Below, piece by piece: positions 47,939 through 56,164 of a stretch of 64,000 nt of DNA (positions are counted from its first letter, which is position 1; every line of letters begins with the position of its first letter). This DNA is from Desulfobulbaceae bacterium (GTDB taxonomy: Bacteria; Desulfobacterota; Desulfobulbia; Desulfobulbales; SURF-16), in assembly GCA_020444175.1 (NCBI GenBank), contig JAHLLM010000027.1, forward strand, positions 3,910 to 67,909, given 5' to 3'. Below the pieces are notes generated by a model. It searched no databases. It had not been told where the DNA came from and was given only the letters and a program-made list of their open reading frames with translations. The position numbers and the translations under genes are program-made.

Positions 47939-49315
47939 CCCCATCAATACATGCTGATTCACCATGCTGACACCGCTCAACATGGAACCGACTATTCCGA
48001 GAAATCCCTGGTCAGTACCAGCAATGAATAGGTTTTTAAAAGGAGTTTTTCCATCCTTGATCTTGAAAGAGCTACCGTAAACCGCTCCCTCTGCCTTACC
48101 TGTAAATTTTTCGATGGTAACAGGAGTAAAGCTGTCCTCATATACAATGTTTTGTCGATAATTCCCAATGATTTTACTGGTAATATCCTTTGATTTCTCT
48201 CCCCAATCCTGTTTCATCAGCTTATATTCAGCGGGAGAGGCATTTTTCCAGAGTTCATAATTTGCTGAATTGGTGACACGAACTTGAAAATGTTCCCCAG
48301 GTGGCAGCCCCTGGAAATTTTCAGGAAAGCAGATAACCCCCCAATCCGGGTCAACCGGTTCCTTTGGCCGACAATAATGCAAGGAATTTTTTTCAGAATA
48401 AAAAATGATAGTATGATCGGAAAGTATTTTTCCCCTTTCATGGTGAGGAAGAAGGTAAATGGATTCAACAAAACTCATTTTTCCTGAAAATTTGTCTTTC
48501 TCATGGGGCAGGGCAACCAGGTCCCAGGTTCCAGGAGCCCCTATGGTTGAAATAATATTTTCACAACCAATTGTTTCACCTGTTGAGAGGGTAACGCCGG
48601 TTATGACCTGGTCCTTTTTTTCAACTGATACAACCTGACTTTTATAACGTATTTCTCCCCCAAATGATTTGAATTTATCTACCAGCAAATCCAGAAATTC
48701 CTTCATGGTGCCATGGGGACGAAAAAAACCTTCCTTAAAAATTGACCTGAACATGATAACGAACTGACCAAAATCCATATCATGTTCGTCACTGTTCCCG
48801 TATACCATGAGTGGCAAAAGCAACATGTCTATGAGGAGTGGATCACGTAGATACTCTGCGATTTTTTTCCTTGTTGAAATCCAGGGACCAGGAGAAAATG
48901 CGTCAAAGTCATTGATAACTTGCTGTAACTTATCAAATCCATCAATTTCGGAAGGGAAAGAAGAAGCGATTTCTTCCCGCAGCAAATTAAAATCATTTGA
49001 AAAACAAAGGCTATGATCAGGAAAATGGATCAGGGAAGATCGTTGTTCATGGGTTTCAAACTTTTTTCGCGAAAGCTTTATCTGGCGGAAAAGACGATTG
49101 AGAGGCGCATGTTTGTCCGTTGGATCCGCAAAGTTGGTCATGGCGTGAAGACCTGTCTCAAACAAAAAGCCTTTGCGAAAATAATAGGAATTCAACCCAC
49201 CGGGAATTACATGCTTTTCAAGAATGAGGACAGAACCGCCGAAACGGGCAAAACGAATACCGGCGGCAAGCCCGGACAGGCCGCCGCCGATGATGATTAA
49301 AGAATATTCAGACAA
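47912..49315 (-). CDS. FAD-dependent oxidoreductase, phytoene desaturase (CrtI) / RetSat-like family, copy 2
   Basis: LIIIGGGLSGLAAGIRFARFGGSVLILEKHVIPGG. 467 aa. TTG start 6 bp after the ACP stop. Confidence 0.72.
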   Translation of the reverse strand: MSEYSLIIIGGGLSGLAAGIRFARFGGSVLILEKHVIPGGLNSYYFRKGFLFETGLHAMTNFADPTDKHAPLNRLFRQIKLSRKKFETHEQRSSLIHFPDHSLCFSNDFNLLREEIASSFPSEIDGFDKLQQVINDFDAFSPGPWISTRKKIAEYLRDPLLIDMLLLPLMVYGNSDEHDMDFGQFVIMFRSIFKEGFFRPHGTMKEFLDLLVDKFKSFGGEIRYKSQVVSVEKKDQVITGVTLSTGETIGCENIISTIGAPGTWDLVALPHEKDKFSGKMSFVESIYLLPHHERGKILSDHTIIFYSEKNSLHYCRPKEPVDPDWGVICFPENFQGLPPGEHFQVRVTNSANYELWKNASPAEYKLMKQDWGEKSKDITSKIIGNYRQNIVYEDSFTPVTIEKFTGKAEGAVYGSSFKIKDGKTPFKNLFIAGTDQGFLGIVGSMLSGVSMVNQHVLMGQKLEKEKR

Positions 49316-49321
49316 ACCAAA

Positions 49322-49573
49322 TTATATGTCTTTGAGTTTTGGTTCCAGATAATTAACGCAGCTTGTCAATGTGGCCAATTCAGGATAATCGGCCTCGGGG
49401 ATCTGCAGTTTATACCTTTTGCGAAGCTCCATAACTATATCGAGAAAATCCATGGAATCAAGATCAAGCTGGTCCCGAAGAGGTTGATCGGCATTGAGGT
49501 CATCCATTTCTGCATCTTCGTCAATATCTTCAATAATTTCTATAATAACGTCTTTTATGTCATCGCGTGTCAT
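49322..49573 (-). CDS. acyl carrier protein (dedicated, non-AcpP)
   Basis: Phosphopantetheine attachment motif QLDLDSMDFLDIVMEL. 83 aa and acidic. Confidence 0.85.
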   Translation of the reverse strand: MTRDDIKDVIIEIIEDIDEDAEMDDLNADQPLRDQLDLDSMDFLDIVMELRKRYKLQIPEADYPELATLTSCVNYLEPKLKDI

Positions 49574-49730
49574 GCTTTGCCTCGGTATATACTGACAGAA
49601 ATAAGAACATAGAACTAAGCGGCCAGAAGATGAACTCCTCCGGTTCTTTGTTAATTCTTATTATGTTTCCTGTCTTCTTATTTCTTAATTCTTAATTAAT
49701 TGACATTCAATATAAAATTCAAACTTTTCT

Positions 49731-49883
49731 GTATCTATTCAGCAAGGGCTCGAAATGGGCCTCAACTCCAGGCCGTAACTATTCAGATGTGCCTTAGATT
49801 TGGACAAACAGGCCTGCGAGGCTATAGCCCGTCTATGTGAGCAGGCCTGATCGTTCAAAGATGAGGTGCAGCTGAATGGTTAC
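49731..49883. mobile_element. MITE-like element, family B copy 2 (153 bp)
   Basis: Termini GTATCTATTCAGC / GTAACCATTCAGC (reverse complement). Perfect 8-bp target-site duplication ACTTTTCT (49723..49730 and 49884..49891). Its last 4 nt provide the third base of the final Val codon and the stop codon of the KAS gene. Confidence 0.85.
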
Positions 49884-51121
49884 ACTTTTCTTACTATTAC
49901 AACGGAATTAATACCCACCATGCCGAAGGAGTTATTCAAGATTGTTGTCACATTGTCAAGCTGTTTTGGTTTGTGACTGACAATATTAGGCAACGTGCAG
50001 TCTGGATCAAGGTTGTCCAGATTTATCGTCGGATGAACCAATCCATCGTCAAAGGCGGGAAGATTCCCTGCCAGTTCCAGAACACCGGCCGCGCCCATGG
50101 CATGGCCAATGTGACTTTTAGTGTTGTTTATATAGGTTGCATTACAGTCGTCAAACACTTCCTTTACAGCCCGACATTCCTCAACATCGCCCTGCCTGGT
50201 CCCGGTGGCATGGGTATTGATAATATCGATTTCTTCAGGAGCAAGATTTGCCCTTTTCAAAGCCAGGCGCATACATTCAGCCTGCCTGGGGCCATAGGGA
50301 AGGACAAAATCCCGGGCATCAGAATTCATGGCATAACCAGCGATTTCACCATAAATTCTTGCACCACGCTGGAGTGCCTTATCGAGCCTTTCCAATACAT
50401 AGACAGCCCCACCTTCGGAGATAACAATGCCGTTTCTGTCTCGATCAAATGGCCTTGATGCCATTTTGGGATCACTGTGCTCGGCGAGAGCACCCTGGGC
50501 CTTGAAACTTGCAAAAATCCCAAAAGAGTCGGTGCACTCGGAAATTCCACCACAGAGGGCCAGGTCAATCTCACCTAGTCGCAACATCTGCACCCCTTGA
50601 ATAAGAGCAGCATTTCCAGCAGCACATGCAGCCCCAACAGAATAGTGAGGCCCTGTAATACCCAGATTCATGGTAATCTCACCGGCAGGATTATTTAAAA
50701 CAGTCCGGGGATTATGATGGTGAGTCCAGTAATCGACGTTATAGTCGAACTGACTGATATTGTAGACTTCGTTTTCCGTCTCTACCGTTCCATGCTCGGT
50801 CAAACCAATATAGACGCCAGTCTGATTTTTGTCATATTCTGAAAAATCAATTCCTGCATCGATAAGGGCTTCATTGGCACAATAAACTCCGATACAGCCA
50901 GCCCGTGTACCCCGTTTATTCTCTTTTTTCTTACGATATCTTGTTTCGTCAAATGTACAGATGCCGGCAGGGGCACTGCCAAAATATCTGAGATCAATTG
51001 TGGTAATTTCACTGATCCCGGCAAGAAGTTTTTTTCGAAACTCGAATAAATTACTTGCATTGGGAGCGGCAAGACCAACACCGGTAATGACGATTCGTTG
51101 ATTTTCTGGTAAATTTTGCAT
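49880..51121 (-). CDS. beta-ketoacyl-ACP synthase, KAS I/II (FabF/FabB-like)
   Basis: Cys-His-His triad motifs VGAACAAGNAA, NTHATGT and KSHIGHAMGAAG. 413 aa. Confidence 0.88.
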   Translation of the reverse strand: MQNLPENQRIVITGVGLAAPNASNLFEFRKKLLAGISEITTIDLRYFGSAPAGICTFDETRYRKKKENKRGTRAGCIGVYCANEALIDAGIDFSEYDKNQTGVYIGLTEHGTVETENEVYNISQFDYNVDYWTHHHNPRTVLNNPAGEITMNLGITGPHYSVGAACAAGNAALIQGVQMLRLGEIDLALCGGISECTDSFGIFASFKAQGALAEHSDPKMASRPFDRDRNGIVISEGGAVYVLERLDKALQRGARIYGEIAGYAMNSDARDFVLPYGPRQAECMRLALKRANLAPEEIDIINTHATGTRQGDVEECRAVKEVFDDCNATYINNTKSHIGHAMGAAGVLELAGNLPAFDDGLVHPTINLDNLDPDCTLPNIVSHKPKQLDNVTTILNNSFGMVGINSVVIVRKV

Positions 51122-51278
51122 AATAAATGGATAATCCTAAAAATAAGAACTTTTTAAGATAGCTTATTTTTTATTATCTGTCGACCCATAAAATACAAAG
51201 CAGAAAGACTTGCTGATATGCGTCTGCCAAACTGATCTGTATTGACATTAAAATTTAAAAATTTTACGTAACAGTGAA

Positions 51279-51315
51279 GCAACAATGCGAAATCTTGATG
51301 AATTCGCATTGTTGC
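51279..51315. promoter_or_regulatory. perfect 13-bp palindrome upstream of the lipid operon (candidate operator or hairpin)
   Basis: GCAACAATGCGAA-N11-TTCGCATTGTTGC, about 160 nt upstream of the KAS start codon. Confidence 0.4.
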
Positions 51316-51316
51316 A

Positions 51317-51416
51317 CTTTAGAGTGAAAAAGTCCTGAAACTGCCCATCCAGCAACGCAACGTCAACAGGTTGCATACGTGTCGGCGGCGGTTGAGTGAT
51401 TTTTTTACAAAACCAT
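51317..51416 (-). mobile_element. MITE-like element, family C copy 2 (degenerate)
   Basis: The reverse complement aligns over about 100 nt with 10612..10710 (ATGGTTTTGTAAAAAAATCACTCAACCGCCGCCGACACGTATG...). One terminal repeat has decayed and no target-site duplication is retained. Confidence 0.55.
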
Positions 51417-51569
51417 CAAATCTTAAAATTAAAAGCCAAAAACACATATCCTGTTGACAGTATTCTGGTTCATGGCCCAAGGCGATCACCGCGGTTAACT
51501 CACCAGCTGATACAGCTGTCAATCAGACAATAAACAAATTCTCACTCTGTAAAAAAATAAGGGATAATA

Positions 51570-52055
51570 ATGGCCGATATAATAGAAAAAGAAATTGAAG
51601 GGCTCCTGATTAACGGACAAAACAAAAAGGAAATTTGGAGAAAATATAAAAACCACGAAGAGCAACATAAGGCGCTCTTTTATTTGAACAATCTTTCAAA
51701 TCCGACTGATCGAAAAAAATTTCTTTTATTGAATTTAATCCTTGTGATCTTCCTTACCTTTATTACTGCAAAAAAACTGCTTACCGCACTTTCATTCGGC
51801 TCTGTGGATCTCTATCTTTTTCTCGGGCTGGTTGTTCCCACCATCAATATTTACGTATTACGTGAAATCCTCAAATTTCACAAGACAGGCTATAAATTTC
51901 TCTTCATCCTGTCAATTCTTTCTCTTGTGCAGCCGGAAAATCATCATATCCAGGAACTTTTCATCCTGACAGTAATGATTGTTCTCTCGGGTTTTCTCCA
52001 CCAGAAAATGTTCCCGGCAAAAGACGCGATCAATGCCAACGGGAAGTCGGCGTAG
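51570..52055 (+). CDS. hypothetical membrane protein
   Basis: 161-aa ORF with about 4 hydrophobic segments. No recognisable motif. Confidence 0.45.
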   Translation: MADIIEKEIEGLLINGQNKKEIWRKYKNHEEQHKALFYLNNLSNPTDRKKFLLLNLILVIFLTFITAKKLLTALSFGSVDLYLFLGLVVPTINIYVLREILKFHKTGYKFLFILSILSLVQPENHHIQELFILTVMIVLSGFLHQKMFPAKDAINANGKSA

Positions 52056-52075
52056 TCTATCCGCAACAATTCAGC

Positions 52076-53992
52076 TTATGACGCCTTGCCGGCAATAACC
52101 CTCAATGCAACCGGTTCTTCACTTTTTACAACAGAATCACTGAGATGCAATCCCTGATATTCGGGCACAACTTCTCTCAGATGCTTGATAAGCAGTTTCA
52201 CATCCCGACTGGTGGCAGCCTTATTTAAATCGTCCAGAACATGGGTCAGCCAATCCCAGTCACATTTCCGCGTGCTGGCCAACTGCAGCTTGGGATGGGT
52301 CGTTCCCTGCAGATTCTCATTTTCGTGGAAAATCTCCTCAAAGAGTTTCTCCCCGGGGCGCAGCCCGGTGTACACAACTTTAATATCTACATCAGGCACA
52401 AAACCGGACAGACGGATCATCTCTTCTGCCAGATCCTTTATAAGCACCGGCTCTCCCATGTCCAGCACAAAAATCCCCCCCCCCTGCTCCTTGCCCATTG
52501 AGCCGGCTTGCAAAATAAGGCTGACTGCCTCGGGAATGGTCATAAAATAACGCTTTATTTCACGATGGGTAACAGTGACCGGCCCCCCTGCCTTAATCTG
52601 TTTTTCAAAAAGCGGAACAACAGACCCGGCGGACCCCAGCACATTACCGAAACGCGTTGTTATAAAATTTGTTTCTGAGCGGGAATTGAGATTCTGACAA
52701 TATATTTCGGCAATACGTTTTGTTGTTCCCATGACATTTGTCGGATTAACAGCCTTATCCGTTGAAACCAGAACAAAACGATCTACGTGATAGCGGTCAG
52801 CGGCATCGGCAACAACCTGGGTGCCCTGGACATTATTCTGCACACCTTCGGCAGGGTTCAACTCCAGCATGGGCACATGCTTATATGCTGCAGCATGAAA
52901 GACAACCTCAGGAGCAAACTTTTTGAAAACCCAGTCAACCCGTTCACTGTTTTTCACATCGCCAAGAACGGTAACAACCTTGGCATCGGGAAATGAGCTG
53001 CGTATTTCCGTATCAATTTCATAAAGATTAAATTCTCCATGATCAAAGATAACGAGTTGAGATGGTTCCAATTCGGCAACCTGCCGGCACAGTTCCGAAC
53101 CGATTGATCCCCCTCCACCGGTGATAAGCACGGATTTTCCCTTTAAAAAACCGGCAATGCCGTGGTGATCAATTTCAACCGCCTCCCGACCAAGCAAATC
53201 TTTTAAGGTAAGTGGTCGGAGTTGCGCTGCTTCAACCTGATTTCCTGACAATTCATGAATCGAAGGCAGCGTTTTGCATTTTACGCCCGATTTAACGCAT
53301 TGAGCAATCACCCTTTTCACCGTCTCCCGTGAAGCAGAAGGGATAGCAAGCAAAACGAGATCAATTTCAAGCAGCCTGACTATATCGGGAATATCACCCA
53401 GTGATCCATAGACACGAACCCCGAGAATATCACGGTTATGTTTCTTCCTGTCATCATCAACCAGGGCAAGGGGGAGATACTCCTGCCGGTGTATCAAATC
53501 CCGAAGCAGCAGTTCACCGGCATGTCCGGCACCGGCAATAAGAGTTCGAACCCCTTCTTTTTTCCGCAGCCTTAAGGCATGATCCTTAAACCAGCGATAA
53601 CACAAACGGGGATATGATAACCCGACTACAAGGAGAAGCGGGGCAAGCAGCAAGACTGAACGGGGTACCCCTTCCATACGAAAAAAAACCATGCCGGCCA
53701 AAGTGACGGTTAAAGAACCTAAAGTGACGGATTTAACAATGCGAATCAAATCAGGAAGAGAAGCAAATCGCCAGATCCCCCTATATAATCCAAAAAACCA
53801 GAACATGGCCCCATACACAGGTAAAGAGAGACAGGTAAGCTTTATAAAGCCGATAAAGAAAGGAGGTGGTATTTCCTGCAGATTATAGCGGAGCCAATAA
53901 GCGGTAAGTAAACCTAGTGGAACCCAGAATAAATCGTGAGCAAAGGCAGCCCATCTGTTAAAAAGTATTCTTCTTAAATAGTGTTTTAACAA
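52076..53992 (-). CDS. membrane-anchored nucleotide-sugar 4,6-dehydratase, CapD/WbpM/PglF family
   Basis: 4 N-terminal TM segments, two Rossmann regions (IAGAGHAG; ITGGGGSIGSEL). 638 aa. Confidence 0.88.
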   Translation of the reverse strand: MLKHYLRRILFNRWAAFAHDLFWVPLGLLTAYWLRYNLQEIPPPFFIGFIKLTCLSLPVYGAMFWFFGLYRGIWRFASLPDLIRIVKSVTLGSLTVTLAGMVFFRMEGVPRSVLLLAPLLLVVGLSYPRLCYRWFKDHALRLRKKEGVRTLIAGAGHAGELLLRDLIHRQEYLPLALVDDDRKKHNRDILGVRVYGSLGDIPDIVRLLEIDLVLLAIPSASRETVKRVIAQCVKSGVKCKTLPSIHELSGNQVEAAQLRPLTLKDLLGREAVEIDHHGIAGFLKGKSVLITGGGGSIGSELCRQVAELEPSQLVIFDHGEFNLYEIDTEIRSSFPDAKVVTVLGDVKNSERVDWVFKKFAPEVVFHAAAYKHVPMLELNPAEGVQNNVQGTQVVADAADRYHVDRFVLVSTDKAVNPTNVMGTTKRIAEIYCQNLNSRSETNFITTRFGNVLGSAGSVVPLFEKQIKAGGPVTVTHREIKRYFMTIPEAVSLILQAGSMGKEQGGGIFVLDMGEPVLIKDLAEEMIRLSGFVPDVDIKVVYTGLRPGEKLFEEIFHENENLQGTTHPKLQLASTRKCDWDWLTHVLDDLNKAATSRDVKLLIKHLREVVPEYQGLHLSDSVVKSEEPVALRVIAGKAS

Positions 53993-54191
53993 TGAAAATC
54001 CCTTTAAATACAGAATTTGCTAAACTCTCATTTATGCCCCTTGAGATTTATAAATCCTGCAAGTTTCTCTTAGCCTGTAACACCTACAAGTTTCAGATGT
54101 ATCGAAGTTATATTACCTATCAGCGTCCTTGAGGGATAAAAACCATCAAAATTTATAGATTGCATGGCAATATTTATTTAACTTATACACG

Positions 54192-55205
54192 TTATCTGTC
54201 AGGATTTCCATCAGCTCTCACTTTCAACCATAATATAATGAGGGTGAGATATGCACTTAGCGCAAACCAATAGCCATATTCCGGCAACAATGAAGCCCCA
54301 ACAGCCAACGGGAACAACAATAATAAATTAATACAAACAACTCCCAGGGTAACTTTCAAATGAGAGCCATATTTTCGCGATAAAACCTGATACGCATGAC
54401 TTCGATGGGCTTCGTAAAACCGCTCGCCTTTCCAAATTCTATACGCAAGTGTCATAGTTGCATCAACAAAAAAAACCCCAAGGAGTATCATCCAACTCCA
54501 AAAAATGATAACTCCACGTGAGGCGGTATAAAAAGCAAAAATGGCCAAAACATAACCAAGAAAACCACTGCCGCCGTCACCCATAAAGATCATGGCAGGC
54601 GGCCAGTTCCAGATGAGAAATCCGAAACATGCACCGGACAAAGCCATAAGAAGAACAACTTCACCGCCTCCGCCCTTCAAATAAATAATTAATGCCGCTC
54701 CACCAGCTACAAAAATGGCCTCTGAGGATGCGATACCGTCAATCCCGTCCATAAAATTAAAAAGATTCAACATCCAGACGGCTAAAATCATTCCTGCACT
54801 TTTCCAGATCAGTTCCGGCAGCACGAAATTATCGAAAAAATTTAAGGAAAAATCCCCCAGCAAGGTAAATGCCCAGGATGCAGCTGCAAAATGAATCAAA
54901 AGTCTCCATCTGGCCTTCACCGGTTTATGGTCATCCCAGAATCCGACAAGAGCCACAATCAGCCCTCCAACAAAAAGTGCCAGAAAAAAATGCTGTTCAA
55001 CCTGATTCAAAAAGCACGCTGCGGCGAAAAAACCGAGAAAAACAATAACAATGGCGGCTCCACCTCCACGAGGAGTGGGCACAACATGAGAACTTCTCTG
55101 GTTAGGGAAATCCAGCATGTTTTTCCGTAAAGCGTATGAACGAATCATTGCCGTAAACATTAACGAAAACGTCAATGTTCCTATAAAAATCAAAAGCGGA
55201 TACAT
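54192..55205 (-). CDS. undecaprenyl-phosphate HexNAc-1-phosphate transferase (GT4 / MraY-WecA-WbpL family)
   Basis: Polytopic, NLFNFMDGIDGIAS motif. ATG at 55205 (MYPLLIF) is preferred; the ORF track start at 55259 would overlap the upstream gene. Confidence 0.85.
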   Translation of the reverse strand: MYPLLIFIGTLTFSLMFTAMIRSYALRKNMLDFPNQRSSHVVPTPRGGGAAIVIVFLGFFAAACFLNQVEQHFFLALFVGGLIVALVGFWDDHKPVKARWRLLIHFAAASWAFTLLGDFSLNFFDNFVLPELIWKSAGMILAVWMLNLFNFMDGIDGIASSEAIFVAGGAALIIYLKGGGGEVVLLMALSGACFGFLIWNWPPAMIFMGDGGSGFLGYVLAIFAFYTASRGVIIFWSWMILLGVFFVDATMTLAYRIWKGERFYEAHRSHAYQVLSRKYGSHLKVTLGVVCINLLLLFPLAVGASLLPEYGYWFALSAYLTLIILWLKVRADGNPDR

Positions 55206-55224
55206 TTTTTGCTTATAACGTCCT

Positions 55225-56145
55225 TCACAAAATTTTAGGGGCCTTAGGCTTCCAGCCAAGTACTTCTTCTGTCATACACGTATCTACCTGAAGAGAATCA
55301 CAGAGCCTGTTCATAAAGTCCTTTTTGTTGCATAAACAAGCTGCGATACGAAGAAGGCTGACAGGAAAGGGAAACAGGCGTACTTTAACCCCCGCACCAA
55401 GGGCAAGAAAACGAATAATGTCCGCTGTAGTAATTGGGTGACCATCAGACACAAGAAACACTTGGCCAGGAGCTCTTGGATGATCCAGACAAACAGCAAT
55501 TAGGTCACATAAATTCTCAATGCTGACTAAATCTCGTTTATTTTTTATTGAACCAAGAGGAAGCGGAATTCCTTTTTTAATTATCTCCAGTAACCTGCGG
55601 ATATTCCCTTTAGCTCCTTTCCCGTAGATTAATGGAGGTCTGATGACAACAATTTCAATTTTTTTCCCCGAGCCAATTTCAAGAAGACCCTTTTCCGCCG
55701 CGAGCTTCGATTCAGCGTAAGCTCCTTCAGGAGAAGGAAAATCACAAGCAGAAAAAGGAACGGATGTGGTCTTTTCACCGTTAACCTTAATTGTGCTGAG
55801 AAAAACAAACCGTTTCACCCCAGCTTCTGCAGCTTGCCGAGCAAGTTTTAGGGGAGCATCTACATTAATGGACTTGTAAATTTCAGTCAGGTGCTCACCC
55901 TTTTCATTCAGCTGGTGAACACGTCCCGCAAGGTGAACTACGGAGTCGCAGCCGGGCAAAACATCTTCTATTTCACTTCCATCTTCAATAGAAAAATTAA
56001 TGCATTTAATCCATGACGGCAGAGATGCATGCCGGCAACTCCTACTCGTACCCAGAATGTCCCTTCCCTGCTTATGGAGATAGCGTGCCAGGTGACGTCC
56101 GACAAATCCGCTGACACCAGTAATTAAAATTCTCTTATTTTGCAT
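55225..56145 (-). CDS. NAD-dependent nucleotide-sugar epimerase/dehydratase
   Basis: ILITGVSGFVGRHL and YAESK (YxxxK). Position matches the epimerase-WbpL-WbpM arrangement of O-antigen clusters. Confidence 0.85.
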   Translation of the reverse strand: MQNKRILITGVSGFVGRHLARYLHKQGRDILGTSRSCRHASLPSWIKCINFSIEDGSEIEDVLPGCDSVVHLAGRVHQLNEKGEHLTEIYKSINVDAPLKLARQAAEAGVKRFVFLSTIKVNGEKTTSVPFSACDFPSPEGAYAESKLAAEKGLLEIGSGKKIEIVVIRPPLIYGKGAKGNIRRLLEIIKKGIPLPLGSIKNKRDLVSIENLCDLIAVCLDHPRAPGQVFLVSDGHPITTADIIRFLALGAGVKVRLFPFPVSLLRIAACLCNKKDFMNRLCDSLQVDTCMTEEVLGWKPKAPKIL

Positions 56146-56164
56146 AGCTTCAAATAAGTTTAAG

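Noticed and set aside
51122-51280. TTTGGCAGACGCATATCAGCA upstream of the KAS gene as a sigma54 promoter.
   Set aside because: The GC of the -12 element is out of register with the TGGCA -24 element. Not supported.
51319-51522. 67-aa minus-strand ORF.
   Set aside because: It lies across the decayed family C element and adjacent intergenic DNA. No coding evidence.
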